A DNA stretch of 64,000 nucleotides from the human T2T-CHM13v2.0 reference genome, Homo sapiens (GCF_009914755.1 NC_060936.1), one strand, 5' to 3'; positions 15,430-31,219 are shown, numbered from the stretch's first letter. Numbers and translations: made by a program. The notes: generated from the sequence alone by a model not told the origin.

Positions 15430-16065
15430 TAATTCCTAACTCTACCATCCTCCCACAGCAGCATTACTCATTCTCCTAAAGTGTACAAAACATGTTCTCT
15501 CACAATTCATATTCCCACAAAAGCACCTTGTTTTAATGGTACTTTCTTGTTGTTCTTGATCTCCTTTTCGAAAAGACCTCCAAGGTCTACTAACATGGCA
15601 CATGATGTGATCACTTCTTCTTTTTTTCAGGTCATTTCTTACAACTCACTTGACAATCCACAGAACTGCTTCTGTTTCTCAAGCACATCATGCAACATCT
15701 CACCTCTAGGTCTCTGCTCATGTCTTACTGACTGCCTGGAAAAATCTTTCATTATGCCCTTGCCCAGAAAAACATCTATTCATCCTTAAACACTTTAGTT
15801 CAGACATTATCTCCTCCAAGAAACTTTCCCTGACCCAGTATCTCTACTCCCTGGGGTTCGTTTAAGTTCTCTTCTGTGCTTCCACAATACATGAGAAATA
15901 ACTACATCACTTAAACTTACCACACTGTACAGTAATCATTTAGCTGCAGATCTGAAAGGGGCGATACAGTCCTGGTCCTGTTTGTTAGCACGGTTTCACA
16001 CAATGCCCTTCACATGCCAAAGACACAAAAAACAGGTTTGCTGAATAAACACTTGAATGAATTTT
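15430..16065 (+). mobile_element. L2 LINE 3' fragment(s)
   Basis: 'cagacattatctcctccaagaaactttccctgacc' and L2 terminus 'tttgctgaataaacacttgaatgaat'. Confidence 0.6.
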
Positions 16066-17047
16066 TAAAATACTTCAATAAATTTTTAACAGTAAAAATA
16101 GCAAGTGAAAAATACTTGTGAAACGATCAAGTTCTGTCTACCATGGAATATTTAACTCTCTGTGCAATGTTTTTCTTCTTTTCCAACCAAGCTATTTATT
16201 TAGCTTTTTAACTAGATATCAAACACAAGTAAGTGCTTGTTTAAACTTGAAAAATCCTACAGGGATCGTGGACGATGATGGAGGAGACACAGTAAGCAAC
16301 TGAACAAATATCTGTTGTGAGATTTACCCTGTGCCCAGGAGACACCAGAAAGAACTTCATTAGCAAAGATCTTCCTTCTTCTATGAGGTAATGAAAGGGG
16401 AATTGCCAAAGCCCTCGAGCCAAGGAATGGGTGACATCAACTTTATCCTCAGTGATTTAAATGTGTCTACAATGCCATGTCTTCCAGAAAAGGCTTGAAT
16501 CAGAAACATGAGTTAAACACATTTCATTTATTGTTCTCTTGTATCCTCAGCAGCTACCTCTCTAACAAAGAGATGAACTTGTGCTTTGACTGTGAAGATT
16601 TTCTTCATAGGACTTTTTGGCCTCAATTAGTTGCTATATTCCTATCTCTGGGCCAGCATTCCTATAATAAAATTTATAAACCAAACAGTTTTTAAGTTTC
16701 TGTTTGTTGTATAAATAATGTGTCTGGTCCTCATCCCAGGTTCCTGGGATGAAAGCTTCTAAGCCCTTGGAATTTCTAAATTGATAGAAGTCTCCATTAT
16801 TTCTGGTAGATTCTCAGACCACACGTAGGTTCCACAATATGAGTAGCTAAATGAGTAGCTAATGAAGCTACTCATGGTAGGCCCCTAGATAATTTCAGGA
16901 TGGGGGCTGCCAAGCTAGAAAGACCAATTATGTGATTAAAGGGTTGGGGCTTTGAGTCAGGTGATATTAGCCCTACTTCTGGGGAGAGGAAAAGGTCTAA
17001 TGATTGAGTTCAGTCATGTGGCTAATGATTCAATCAATCATGGCCAT

Positions 17048-17983
<936 letters not shown>

Positions 17984-18569
17984 TCATTTTATTGGTTCTG
18001 ATTTGTATGCTTTATAATAAAAATGTAGCCCTAAGCACAGTGCTTTCCTGAGTTCTGTCAGTCATTCTAGTGAATTATCAAACCTGAGGGAAACCCCGAA
18101 TTTGTAGTTGGTCAGAAATGCAGGTGGCCTGGGCACCCCTGAGCTTGTGACTGGCATCTGTAGTAAGGGTGTTCTTGCTGGGGTCTCTGTACTTAACCTA
18201 GGGAATCTGTCTAACTCTTAGGGGAATTTAGCATTAGAACTGCATTAAAGCGTTACACCATGCCAGCAGGGTAACCACAAAATTAGCATGCGTATTCAGC
18301 ATGAACAAAAAAATGGCAGGCCTAGAGGCAGGATACCTGGGTCCAGGGTCAAACCTCCCATTTTAGAGCTTGACGTTGGGAAAGCCACAAAACTGTTCTG
18401 AGTGTCAATTTTCTCATCAGTGAGTGGGGCTGGACTTGGTGGCTTCTGCCATTTCCTGTTTTATTACTGCTTCCATTAATCATCTATTTGGAGGAAAAAC
18501 CAATTATCACTTTTTTCTCTGGACGATTTTTCTCTGTTGGCTTCTCATATTAGCAAAAGCTTGAAGGTA

Positions 18570-18950
18570 GATTTGAGGCCTTCGCACTTGCTGTTCCCTC
18601 TACCTGAAACATTCCTCCCCGAGATACCTGAGTGGCTCACTGCCTAACTTCCTCCAGTGCTGTGCATAAATGTCATTTCTCTGCTGATCCTTGTTGGCCA
18701 TATTATCTAATTTTAAACTCTACCCCTGACACGTGGCCACCTTTCTCAGCTTTATTTTACTCCATGACATTTATCACTGACTGACATACTACATGTGACA
18801 ATGGCTTTTCTCATCTGCTCCGCCAGTAGAACGTAAGCTCCATGAGAGCAAGGGTCTGTGTTGTGTGTCCACTGCTTTATCCTCAGCACCTAGAAAAGTG
18901 CATAACAAATAAATAGCTGATGTTTAATAAATATTTGACATATGGATCAA
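18570..18950 (+). mobile_element. L2 LINE 3' end
   Basis: 'gccttcgcacttgctgttccctctacctg' and 'gtaagctccatgagagcaagg...cagcacctagaaaagtg...aataaatatttg'. Confidence 0.8.
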
Positions 18951-19383
18951 TGGTAGTTTTTCTGAGATCTGGTAGGCACAACAATTTAATTAAGTAATAC
19001 ACAAGCTCATACCTAAAATAACTGTAAAAATGATTCCCCCCAAATTCAAAAAAAATTGGAGAAAGGGTGTGAGAATAGATGATAACAGAATGCTATTCAT
19101 CACAGTCAGAGGAAAGAATTATGGGGCTTAAGAGATTTTAGAGTGGAGATGATATTATGGTGATAGGTAAAGTGGAGATGTGATAAGACATTGAGAGATC
19201 ACAATCTCTCAATAGATATTAGAGTTTCCAAAGATGATAGCAGAGAAAGGGGCAGTTGATGCTACAATAATTGACAAAAGTGAAAAATTATCTTATTGGT
19301 CATAGTAAAGATTACAACAAACAGGTGGTATAAGGGAAAGGCTCTGAAATATTGAGAAATTGCAGAGGAAACATGATTTAAAC

Positions 19384-20005
19384 CAGGTGTCCAATATAGT
19401 AACAATTAGACATAAGGGACAATTGAGCACTTGAACTATAGCTAGTCTGAATTGAAACATATTATTGAAGTATAAAATAAATACCAGATTTCAAAGATTT
19501 AGTATAAATAAAAGAATAAAACACAACCTGTTAATTTTTATATTCGTTTCATGTTAAAATAATTTTTGGCCAGGCACAGTGGCTCATACCTGTAATCCCA
19601 GCACTTTGGGAGGCCAAGGCAGGCGGATTGCAAGGTCAAGAGATCAAGACCATCCTGGCCAACATGGTGAAGCACTGTCTCTACTAAAAATACAAAAATT
19701 AGCTGGGCATGGTGGCACACGCCTGTAGTCCCAGCTACTTGGGAGGCTGAGGCAGGAAAATTGCTTGAACCCGGGAGGTGAGGTCACAGTGAGACGAGAT
19801 CATGCCACGGCATTCCAGCCTGGTGACAGAACGAGACTCCGTTTCAATAATAATAATAATGATAATAATAATTTTTGATGTGTTAGGCTAAATAAAACAC
19901 ATAATTAAAATTAATTTCACTGTTTATTTTTATGTTTTAATACCACCAATAGAAAATTCTAAGTGACATATGGAGGCCAGAATTATATTTCTGTTGGCAG
20001 CACTA
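19384..20005. mobile_element. MER33 (hAT-Charlie MITE) split by AluSc
   Basis: 'gtccaatatagt...ttgagcacttgaa...ataccagatttcaaagatttagta' before the Alu; 'attatatttctgttggcagcact' end after it. Confidence 0.75.
19568..19870 (+). mobile_element. AluSc with (AAT)n tail
   Basis: 'aggtcaagagatcaagaccatcctggccaacatgg' and 'cctggtgacaga' Sc features; TSD aataattttt. Confidence 0.92.
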
Positions 20006-20148
20006 ATCTAGAAGGGTTCGAGGGGTATGTAAGGAATTCTGCAGATTTGATACCAGCCCCCAAGAACCTAGAGAACTAAGAGAAGGCAGGGCCTCCACTA
20101 GAAAGGTTTGCCAGAGAAGCAGTATCTTCCAGAGAAAGCAGAGTTTCA

Positions 20149-20442
<294 letters not shown>

Positions 20443-20671
20443 AGAGAAAGCAGAATTTCAACACCAGGGAGCAGGTAAAGCGGCTGGAGGAAAAAGTATA
20501 GTTGAGGTATCAGAGGCAAGTTGGTAGATCAAATCACAGGAGAGGTAGAGACTTTGAAATTCATCTGCCCTATACTAGTTCTAAAGCTGAGAGCAGTTCC
20601 CTTAGTTAAGACCAGCTTTATCTGAGAAGATGGGGTGGATGAATACGTTGTCAGGTGTGATACAGTTAATT

Positions 20672-20822
20672 GGCTGGGCATGGTGGCTCATGCCTGTAAT
20701 CCTGGCACTTTGGGGAGACTGAGGTGGAGGATTGAGACCAGGAGTTCAGGGCTGCAGTGAGCTACGATCACATCACAGCACACTAACCTGGGTGACAGAG
20801 CAAGACCCTGTCTCAAAAACAA
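20672..20822 (+). mobile_element. Alu monomer (FRAM-like or collapsed AluJ)
   Basis: Single arm; TSD acagttaat at 20662-20670 and 20823-20831. Confidence 0.85.
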
Positions 20823-21649
20823 ACAGTTAATCAACAAACATTTATTAGAGACTCTGTACATCCTAGGCTCTAGGGATCTAAAAATGAATATGTTCCTGCC
20901 CTCAAATTGTTCTCAAAGTAGCAGGAGAGGTAAGTATATACAACTAGATAAATTCAATATATATCCTGGCAAACACAGTAACTAAGTAAAAGTTAGGCCC
21001 TGAAGTCAGAGCCAAGAGTGAGACATACACAATTTATATCCTGTATGCTATCATTCCAACTGGGGCATGGGCTGTAGAAACAGTTCATTCAGCATAATTT
21101 TCATTCTAGCTACAAAAGAGTCATGCCATCTTTTACTTAAAAACATTAAAGCTTTCGTCTGCCAAAAAAAAAAGTATTCCCATGAAACCATGGAGTTCTC
21201 TAGGTATCAAGGGAAATATCTTAGAGTTCACAAATGTATTCCACTACCTCTCATTAAAACTGTAACTATACTTCATTCAAAAACTTCAAATATACCAGTA
21301 TACATTCTCCAATGTTATTTTTAGATGCCTTTATATAAAACAAAATGTGCATATGACACTACCTCCTTTCACTATAATAAAGTGAAACAAGATGCCATAT
21401 GGTTACAAGAGACTAACATTTCTTTTGTTTTCTTGATATCTTTCAAAAAATACAATATAATTTATTTAGTATAGTTAATTTCTAAAAGGTATAATATGAA
21501 ACAGCAAAATCTTATTAGTAGAAAAAAATCAGACTATGTATACCTTTTGGGTTTTTTTTTAATCATCTCTTCAATGGCACCACAACAAAGGTGAGGATAA
21601 CAATGATAACAACCTGTGTACGTGTGTGTGTGTGTTTGGAGCTCATGCC

Positions 21650-21850
21650 GGCAAGAGGCACTGGTCATTCAAATAACAGAAATGAAGATACACATCACAC
21701 TCCTATTGCTTATTAAATTTGGGATCTTGGGCAAGTCAATCCACTTCTTAGAACTTCAATCTCATCACCAAGATAACAGGGATAATATGCACCATGAAAT
21801 TAAATGAGAATTCTGGCATATAGTAGGTGCGCTCAGTGAGTGTTACTATC
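21650..21850 (+). mobile_element. MIR
   Basis: 'atcttgggcaagtcaatccacttc...ctcatc...attaaatgaga...ctggcatatagtaggtgcgctcag'. Confidence 0.7.
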
Positions 21851-22859
21851 TGATCCCTTTCCTTTCCTCCAAACCCCACTGCACTCCCAACCTAGTCACG
21901 GCCACCTACACCCAAAAGAATGACAAAATTATACCAATCAGCACCTTGTAGACTGCTTCTTGATATTATTCTCCTAAAGGTGGCAGTGCATCAGTAAAGG
22001 CAGCCAATCATATACTATGTATTAAAATGAAAGAACATGGTTTTCAGGATAAAATTCTTATTAGTTTCTATTAAAAGTTAACTACTTGAGGATTTTCTAG
22101 CAAAATTAATCCAAGCTACTTGAATGGTCCTTGAAAGCAGGAAAATCATCAGGGTCATTACAGACTATTGATTCATTTTCTACAAAGTTAAAAAGCAAAT
22201 TATAGAAAGTTTTGATGAGAATCTTGTCCTTATCAGCATGAGTAATGGTTCATAAATTTCGCCCACTAAATTCCAACAATCTAAAATTCAACAGGAGAAT
22301 GTCTTCTAATAACACCACAGGGTGTGTTTTCATCAGAAAAATAACCTGCTTTAAATTCTTTGTGGAAAAAAAGTGAGCTATAAATTTAATATATTTTATT
22401 TAGTAAAATTTTCCATTTCTGATATCAGTTTTTTTAGTTGAATAAGTAGAATTTCCACCAAAAAAGCTCCTAAAGAAAACAATATGCATTTTATTAAAAT
22501 AAATCACAATGCTAAACACAATCTCCAATGAATAGGGCATTTGATGAATGTGCAGGAAATGAAAAATAGTAAAAGCAAGTAGGCCTTAACAACACGTTCA
22601 ATGAGATTGTATATTAATTCATGTGATTAAAAAAAAAACTCCATTCAGGGCAGGTGGTTTAAGAGGCCCTGAGAACAGTGACTTGCCCAGGGTCACACTT
22701 CCTAAGTGGCAGAGCCTAGACTGTAACCCAAATCTGTAGATTCATTTCCCCACCTTAAAAATCAGTATTGAAACACCCCATGGAGGTTACAATTTCAGTC
22801 TTCTAGGCCACACTGGAATCTTATCAATAGCATGAATGACATGTGGTTATTTAGTCTCT

Positions 22860-23120
22860 GTTTAACAGTTCCAATGACTCACCCCTTTTATAAGGTCACT
22901 GTTGCCATTTCTGAAATGTCTTCTTTACGATGAATCTAAATCTTGTCTCCAGTTAATGTTGTGCTTTGGTCCTGAGCTACATAGCATAAATCTAATCCAC
23001 AAAAGAGCTGGTCCCCTAAAGCTTTTTCTACTTCAAAGCTACACATTCCTTCAACTCATGTGGCTTTACCGTGAGGAGCTGCTACAGGTGTCATTTGATG
23101 CCTGAAAACCCTTGCTCATT
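22860..23120 (-). mobile_element. L3/CR1 relic (tentative)
   Basis: Resembles the CR1 3' region ('ttccaatgactcaccc...tgaatctaaatcttgtctcc...ttccttcaactc'); highly diverged. Confidence 0.4.
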
Positions 23121-24173
23121 TCTTCCTTCCCATTACATCTTCCCACCTTTTCATTTTCATTTCATACCACCCCTGAGATATCCAAAACAGGATCATAAAT
23201 ATACTGATAATTAAAAGGATGTACAATTAAATGGCAGCCAGTAACGTAATCATGATCCTCCTGAATTATTCATTGTTCTGACATATCTAGCACTATTCAG
23301 TGGAGGATTGTTTACAATCCATATCTGTAAATTTATCAGATCTCTTCAGCTTTGACATTCATCCAATCGCACAGCAAACATTTATTGAAAACTAACTACA
23401 TGTCACATCTTAACCTAGGCCCTGTTGCAGGCACTACCCATAGAGGAATCAATAAAACAGAATTTCTACTCTGAAACCAGGGAATGTTATTATATCTGCT
23501 AGCTTTCATAGAACACTTACAGGCACAGTTCTAGGTGCTTTGCATGTACTAATTCATTTAATCCTGACAATGACTATAGATAGGTATTGTTGTGTTCATT
23601 ATTTTCTGATAAGATAAATGCATTCCATCAAGGTTGAGGAATTTATGCAAGGTCTCCAAGCTAGTTGTGGCTGCCACTAGCGGATCAGGGATGAATTCCA
23701 AATTAAGTGGTTTTTCTTTCTTTTCCCATCCCTTTTCAATTTTTCTGTTCTTATTTTTTTTTTTCCTGGCTGCCCAGTGTCTTCACTTATGCTAAGTAAT
23801 GTGAGGTTTTCTTCATTCACAAAACTACATTTGTGTGTAGATGACTGCCAAGCATAACATTGCTACTTCTGTTCTTCTTCCCACTTTCTTTGATCCACTT
23901 CCTCTCCCGTACATACAAATGACCAAGGTCAGTAAAGGGGCACCCTAACTTTGACTTGACACACGAACTGAACAATAAGGTATATTTTAAATAGTCTGTG
24001 GGTGTGATATCTCAGAGCACCTGTTACTAATCACACCTGGCATCCTTCATTTCATGCAGCATGGGTTAGTTGGGAGGAAGGGCGTTTCAGAATAAGCAGT
24101 GTGTGCTATGATACTGAAGACTTCAATTGTAAGTGGTGCATTGTGAGCCTGTGACTTGGTAAAGAGGGGGCAG

Positions 24174-24539
24174 TGTAATGGACTGCATGTTTGTGTCCCC
24201 TCAAAATTTATATGTTGAAATCCTAACCCCTAATGGCATGGTATTAGGAGGCGGAGCTTTTGGGAGGTGATTAGGTCATGAGAGTAGAACCCTCGTGAAT
24301 ACGACTGTGCCTTTATAAGAAGAAACAGCAGAAAGCTTGCTACTTCTCTCTCCGGTCTCTACCGTGTGAGGATAGGAGAAGATGGCCATCTGTAAACCAG
24401 AAGGCGGGCCCTCACCAGACACTGGATCTGCTGCCACCTTATCTTGGACTTCCCAGGCTCCAGAACTGTTGAGAGTTAAATATTGGTTGTTTAAGCCGCC
24501 CAGTCTGCAGTATTCTAATAGCCCCAATGGACTAAAAGA
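24174..24539 (+). mobile_element. MLT1A/MLT1A0 MaLR solo LTR
   Basis: 'tgtaatggactgcatgtttgtgtcccctcaaaatttatatgttgaaatcctaaccc...ccctcaccagacactggatctgctg...ggactaa'. Confidence 0.85.
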
Positions 24540-26229
24540 GGTACAAATGTAAAAATTTGGGAGATTCTTTTGTTGCTAATTTTGTCTTCTAATCTTATCT
24601 AGAATCTATTCATCTTCTAATACACATCTTCTAATGAACTAATCTTGAATTTTTCTGGTTAACTCCTCAGCTGAAGGGGTTAACCCAAAGAGAGAATGGT
24701 GCAGCTTATAAGTAGTAAGGGTCTTGAACAGCAGGGGGCCTAGCACCTCTCCAGAGAGCCAGAGATGGGAAAGCTTGAGAAATTCCAGGAACAAATGCCC
24801 ACTTGGGATGAGGAGAGAGAGCACGGTCAAGGAAGAAGTTTCTGTTGAGAGGATATTTGAGTGATGTGAGCAACTACAGTGTATGTAACAACATAACTGA
24901 TATTTATAAATTAATTTCTTTCTATTTAAATGGATATAGGCATTAAAGACATCCTTATTTAAAAGACAGCATTAAAAATACAGTTTCATGTTTCTCTTTT
25001 CTGTGAAATTGCTTCAGTTGATAACAAACACAAAAGGAAAGAAAGGCAGTATGCATGCCTCTATTCAATTTTTTCAAGGAAAGCAGCATTGCAGTAAGTA
25101 CATTTACAGATCATTCTGCTTGTGAAATTTCATTTGATAGCTACCACAATAATCTTTTAAATCTCTGGACCATAGAATAGTTGGAAAGTTTTCAGGTGTG
25201 TTTGCTTTTTAATTAAAAGGATGTCCTGTGGTCCCTAAAAATGCAATGTAACTAAGAATGTACTAAAACGGTGTGAGAATTTGATTCAATATATTTGACT
25301 CAATATATTCTTAGTTGCTAAGTTCCCTCTGTATCAGTTAGAAGCAGGCAGCAGAGTCCTATATAACATTCTCATAGGTTAAGTATTTTCTTAAGATTCA
25401 CTTGACCCAGGTAAGAAAAAATAATATTCTTTAAATCTATCATCTCTAATCTTTCACCGATGTCCTGAAATAATCAATAATTGTAACTGCCAGGGTTTGC
25501 AAAGGTTGCTATAATGACTTACATTAGCATGAATTTTTCCAAATAAAACTTCAGTGGGTACAGGAACTGATGCCTTTCTCTAATGTTGTTGACAGAAAGG
25601 ACTTTCAGAGGTTGCTGTGTTGTGAAACAGTACTCATTTTAGCTGGGGCATCTCATTTACCCTTCAGGCTTTTGATCTGCTAATAAAGGGACTCGATAAT
25701 CTCAAAGGTCCTCCCAGCTCTCATACACTATGATTCTGTGACTTGTGCATGACTTGGTTTCCCCCTTTACAGAGTTAGAGCGTGACTGATAGCCTGATCC
25801 TGAGGCTGCTACAAAAAGTCTATCTTTTCAGTGTAAAAGGCTATATGTCCTTTTAAGTAAATGTGACATATGGCTTGAAATTCAAGTTGATAGGATACTG
25901 ATCCACCTTAGTTAGAGCATTTTACATTTTTGACAGGGCACTTTGCTGAACAGAATGTCAGTATATTCACTGCAGCAGTGAAGAAAACGTGGGGGTGGAG
26001 GGGTGGGGGTGCCATTCTGAGGGAAAGAAGGCACTTAAGGAACTCTGAGATGTGTGAGAAAGTCCTGCAGCCTGAGGAGCTGATGGAAAGGGGGTAGGGG
26101 TGAAAACAGGAAGGTAACACATAAGGTCCGAAAGGGAAAGGGAACAGCCTGATGTAATGCAGAGCCCAGGAAGTCACTCAGAGGACTGCTACTGGGCCAT
26201 TTCACACCCTTTCCTCACCAAAAGTTTAA

Positions 26230-26770
<541 letters not shown>

Positions 26771-26816
26771 TTCACTACAAAAACATTTATGTAACTGCTG
26801 TAATAAACACAGAGCC

Positions 26817-27223
26817 TGCACTAACCTGTTCTTGTGTTGCTATAAAGAATTATCTGAGGCTGAGTAATTTATAAAGAAAAGAGTGTTTAATTGGCTTACG
26901 ATTTGGCAGGCTGTGCAGGAAGCATGGTGCTGCCACCTGCGCAGCTTCTGGGGAGGCCTTAGGAAGCTTACAATCACAGCAAGGGGAGAAGTCCTCTCAA
27001 ATGGCAAAGGCAAAAGCAGAAGCAAGAGAGTGGGAGGGGGTGGGAGGTGCCACATACTTTGAAACAACCACATCTTGTGAGAACTCACCTACTATTGCAA
27101 GGACTGCCAAGCCATGAGGGATCTGCCCCCATGACCCACACACCTCCCATCAGTTCCCACCTCTCACACTGGGGATTACATTTCAACACGAGATTTGGGA
27201 AGACAAATATCTAAACTATATCT
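26817..27223 (-). mobile_element. MSTA-like MaLR solo LTR
   Basis: 'gttgctataaagaa...gtaatttataaagaaaagag...ggggattacatttcaacacgagatttggg'; 5-bp TSD gagcc at 26812-26816 and 27224-27228. Confidence 0.88.
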
Positions 27224-28014
27224 GAGCCCAGGTGTCCTCATCAACCATGGAATCCTTTAAAGGAGAAGTTTGGCTCAAACCTCCATTCCACATCCTATGA
27301 AAAAAATCCAATATCCTCCTCAACATTTTAGCAAACGTTGGAGTCTTAGGTGCTGTGGCCTCTATTTCCCACTTCTGCTAAATTCTCATCCATAGCTCAA
27401 CACTGAGCAGCTATTTTTTTCATGAACCTCAGAAAAGGCCCAGATGCCCAATTCCTCAATTCCTCCCCTTCCTTCTTCCTGCTACACAGTTATTTACAGC
27501 TCTTGCACTTAGCACAAAGCTTGGTGGTGAGCAAGAGAGGTTACTGCCCAGCACTGCCCAGTCAACAACTCAATGTTTTCTTAAAAGACCTTTCTATTTC
27601 TTTCCTTTTCAAAAATTCTGACATGGCCATTCCACCTGGGTCCCTCACTATTTGCTTGCTCTTCTTTCCCCACTCCACTTCCCAGAATGTGCAAGAAAAT
27701 TCTAAATTATTTTACTCTCTTATTTAGGGCAATTCAGTTCTCTCCAGGCCTGTCTTATCAAATCAATTCCAGGCCCAGCTTTAGATAACCTAAACCCAGT
27801 AGAGGTCCTGAGATTGCAGACTTTCCTTAAAAATGATCAACAATCCCTAGGTAGCAGTTGTGGTTCTAAATATTGATATTTTTCTATTACAAATATATTC
27901 AAATATATTCCCTAAATGATGAACATCAATTTTTAAACAAGAGTTAGGCTAAATATATTACAATGACTTTCAAACAGTGGTACCAGGAGTGTATTATTCT
28001 TCATATACTTTAAT

Positions 28015-28165
28015 ATAGTTATTCTCAAATTTTAGCTAGCATCAGAATGGAAGACTGGCTAAAACACAGATTGCAGGGCCCCCTTGCCAGAGCTTCTGTG
28101 TCAGTAGGTTTGAAAGACTGCACTGCACACACATCCCAGGTGTTGTCAATATGTCCCTTTAAAAA
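28015..28165. mobile_element. MER5-like hAT MITE
   Basis: 'ttctcaaattttagctagcatcagaat...taaaacacagattgcagggccc...tcagtaggtttg'. Confidence 0.6.
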
Positions 28166-28175
28166 CCAATGCTTG

Positions 28176-28616
<441 letters not shown>

Positions 28617-31219
28617 TCATCTCCTCGCTTTTATCATATAATGGCTGGAGCCTTCTGCTGAAAGTGTAGGTAGCAAATACTTTCACCTGTCCCCTTTCAG
28701 CCCACATATGGTGATGAATCATCCTGTTCCCAGAGATTCTACTTCTACTTCCTGTAAGATCTACTGAATGAGGACTGGTGTGGTCTGCATATTAATCATC
28801 CCTCCCAGACCCCTGTCATCATAGTAGCCATAAGGATATGCTCAGCCCTTACGTTGTAAATGTGAAAGTATTTAGAAGATGATGCTCATTTTCCAGTCCC
28901 TTGGTTTCTCCTTAATCACTGTGATTGTTGCTGATTAATCCCAAATGCTGGTGGGAGAGAATATGTAAAAAGAGTAAAAACTTTGAAGGAGATGAAAACA
29001 GTTGATACGGTACATGCTGCTTCATGAGTTTAGCTTGTGGATGTGACAATAATTTTTGTACTCTTCTGAGCAGGTGGCAGATGGGTGACTTCTGGCATAG
29101 AAAAGATTAATGCTCTGATTTGATGGCTGCTTCCGCAATACCATCAACAAGGCATTGTGAACAAGAATTCTAACCAAAATTTTAGCCGCTGTTCAGCATC
29201 TTTTCAATAGTAAAACTTCTCCTGCGACAGGCTATTTCTGCAGGATTCCTTAGATTTACCAACCTGATCAATAACCAAGTACAAGACACAAAACCACAGA
29301 TAGTGACAGGCTCTTTAAGCAACATTTGCAGCTGAAATGAAGGAACCATCTTCATGTTCCAGGGCATGAAGGGGAGTTGCTCCTGCACTATCTTTTTCCT
29401 GCCTCCTCCATCACATATTTAGTTATTTTCAGAGCCATCCTTGAGGATGCAGGACCTCGCTGCTTATCAGACTCCTTTATAAAGTGGGTTCATCTGCTCG
29501 GCATGTCAGATCACATCAAGATATACAAGCTGTTCCCACTGTAGCAGAGAAAGCTGAAAACCTAAAACCGGATGATGTGTTTATTCCCAAGGCCAGGGTT
29601 TAAAGAAAGTTTACATTCAAAGAATGATCTAGAAAACTAATTTTATTTTAATTTACTAGAAATATTTTAATACTTTAAACTGCCATTATATATCCTTCTG
29701 GAGGAGCATGGACTTTTAGAGTCCCTCCTTAAACATTTTTTAGCAACCTTCTCAGACACTGGGTTTGTTAGATATCCATTTGTTCCTTCTTCTGTTCATT
29801 CTTCTCCACTTCACTTAGCTAAATGAGCTGTGGCATGAATATGCTTCAGAATTCTTGACATGGAAATTTATTATTCAGTCATCAGATGTTATTGGGAAGA
29901 TACTGTGTCTTAAGGACTGTGTTATACAAAAAGATACTCAAGATGAATGAGTGATGAAGAAGCTCATGGACTGGCTCATAGAAGAAGATTATGAGCTGCT
30001 TCTTCTGTCTTGAAGAAGCTCATAGTCCAAGGAGGGGAGACAGATATGTGGCAAGATAAGCTACTGTAAAGCAGGATGCAGGAACAGAGGAATAAATATG
30101 GCACACAGGAAACATGAGGCAAGGAAGGACTAACTTTACCTGGTAAAATGAAGAAAACTTCAAATGGAGGCTTTGAACTGGGTTCCAAAGGATACATAGG
30201 TAAATGGAAGAAGAGAAAGAAAAAGGAAAGACCCCTATAGAGATTCTATCTTTTCTTCGATTTGCATTAGGAACAAATTCCTAACTTCCTACCACAGAAA
30301 AATGAAGCTGTAGAATTTTATGAAATTTGTTGTATGTCTAACAAATTGTAGAGTTTTATTTTACGCCTACTTTCACTCTCATTTTAAACCAATGTTAGAG
30401 AATCTTGGTTATAAATTACTAAAGATGTGTTACAGCTAAAAGTCTAAACTAAAAGCATATAGTGGAGCTGACACGGAGAGGAAATTAAGGAGCAAAAGAA
30501 CCTTACCTCCAATTAGCCATTATTTCCCATTTTTCCTACCAAATTACCTAATAAAACTAATTTAAACTAATCAAAAAGCAAGCAATTGCTTAAATTTTGT
30601 TGAGAATGTTTTGTGTATGAAACTTCGGATATTTAAGAAAATAACTCGAACACATAATTATGGGAATCCTATATAATAATTTTAGATTATTCACTATTAA
30701 AAAAAAGAAGCTGTTGGGCAGAGGGATGTATGTTAACCTAGTTGCACCTGATTCCTAGAGAAAAAATTTTGAGAGTTTTCTATAAAGGTGTCATTCTTCT
30801 GATTGGGAGTAAGTCATTATTCTGCAGTTTTACTCTGAACAACTAAGCTGAGAAGTCAAATGAGAGGTCTGTGTATAATTAGCTCCGATAGCCTGCATGA
30901 TGTGAATACAAATCTGTGGCTAAGATGAGACTTGGCAGGCCCAACAACTAATGGTCACAGGAAATAAATAAAGGATGAATTAAAGATGAATTAAAAAAGT
31001 ATCTATTTTCTCTTTCTTTTAAAATCTTTTCTAGAAGAATGATTTGTCTTATTAAACTGTCTTGATGACAAATTGTCTTATTTTAAAAAGTAGACACAAA
31101 AGTGCATTAAAGGTAATCACCCTTTTCTTTCTGATGGGCCATGGCATATCACTGATCTGCACCCCTCAAAAGTTGACTATAAATCTAAGATTATGAACTG
31201 ATAACACTGCATGCTCCTC

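Noticed and set aside
29067-29080. CTCF-like motif tgAGCAGGTGGCAG
   Set aside because: It lacks the conserved 5' CC of the core and cannot be supported without ChIP data
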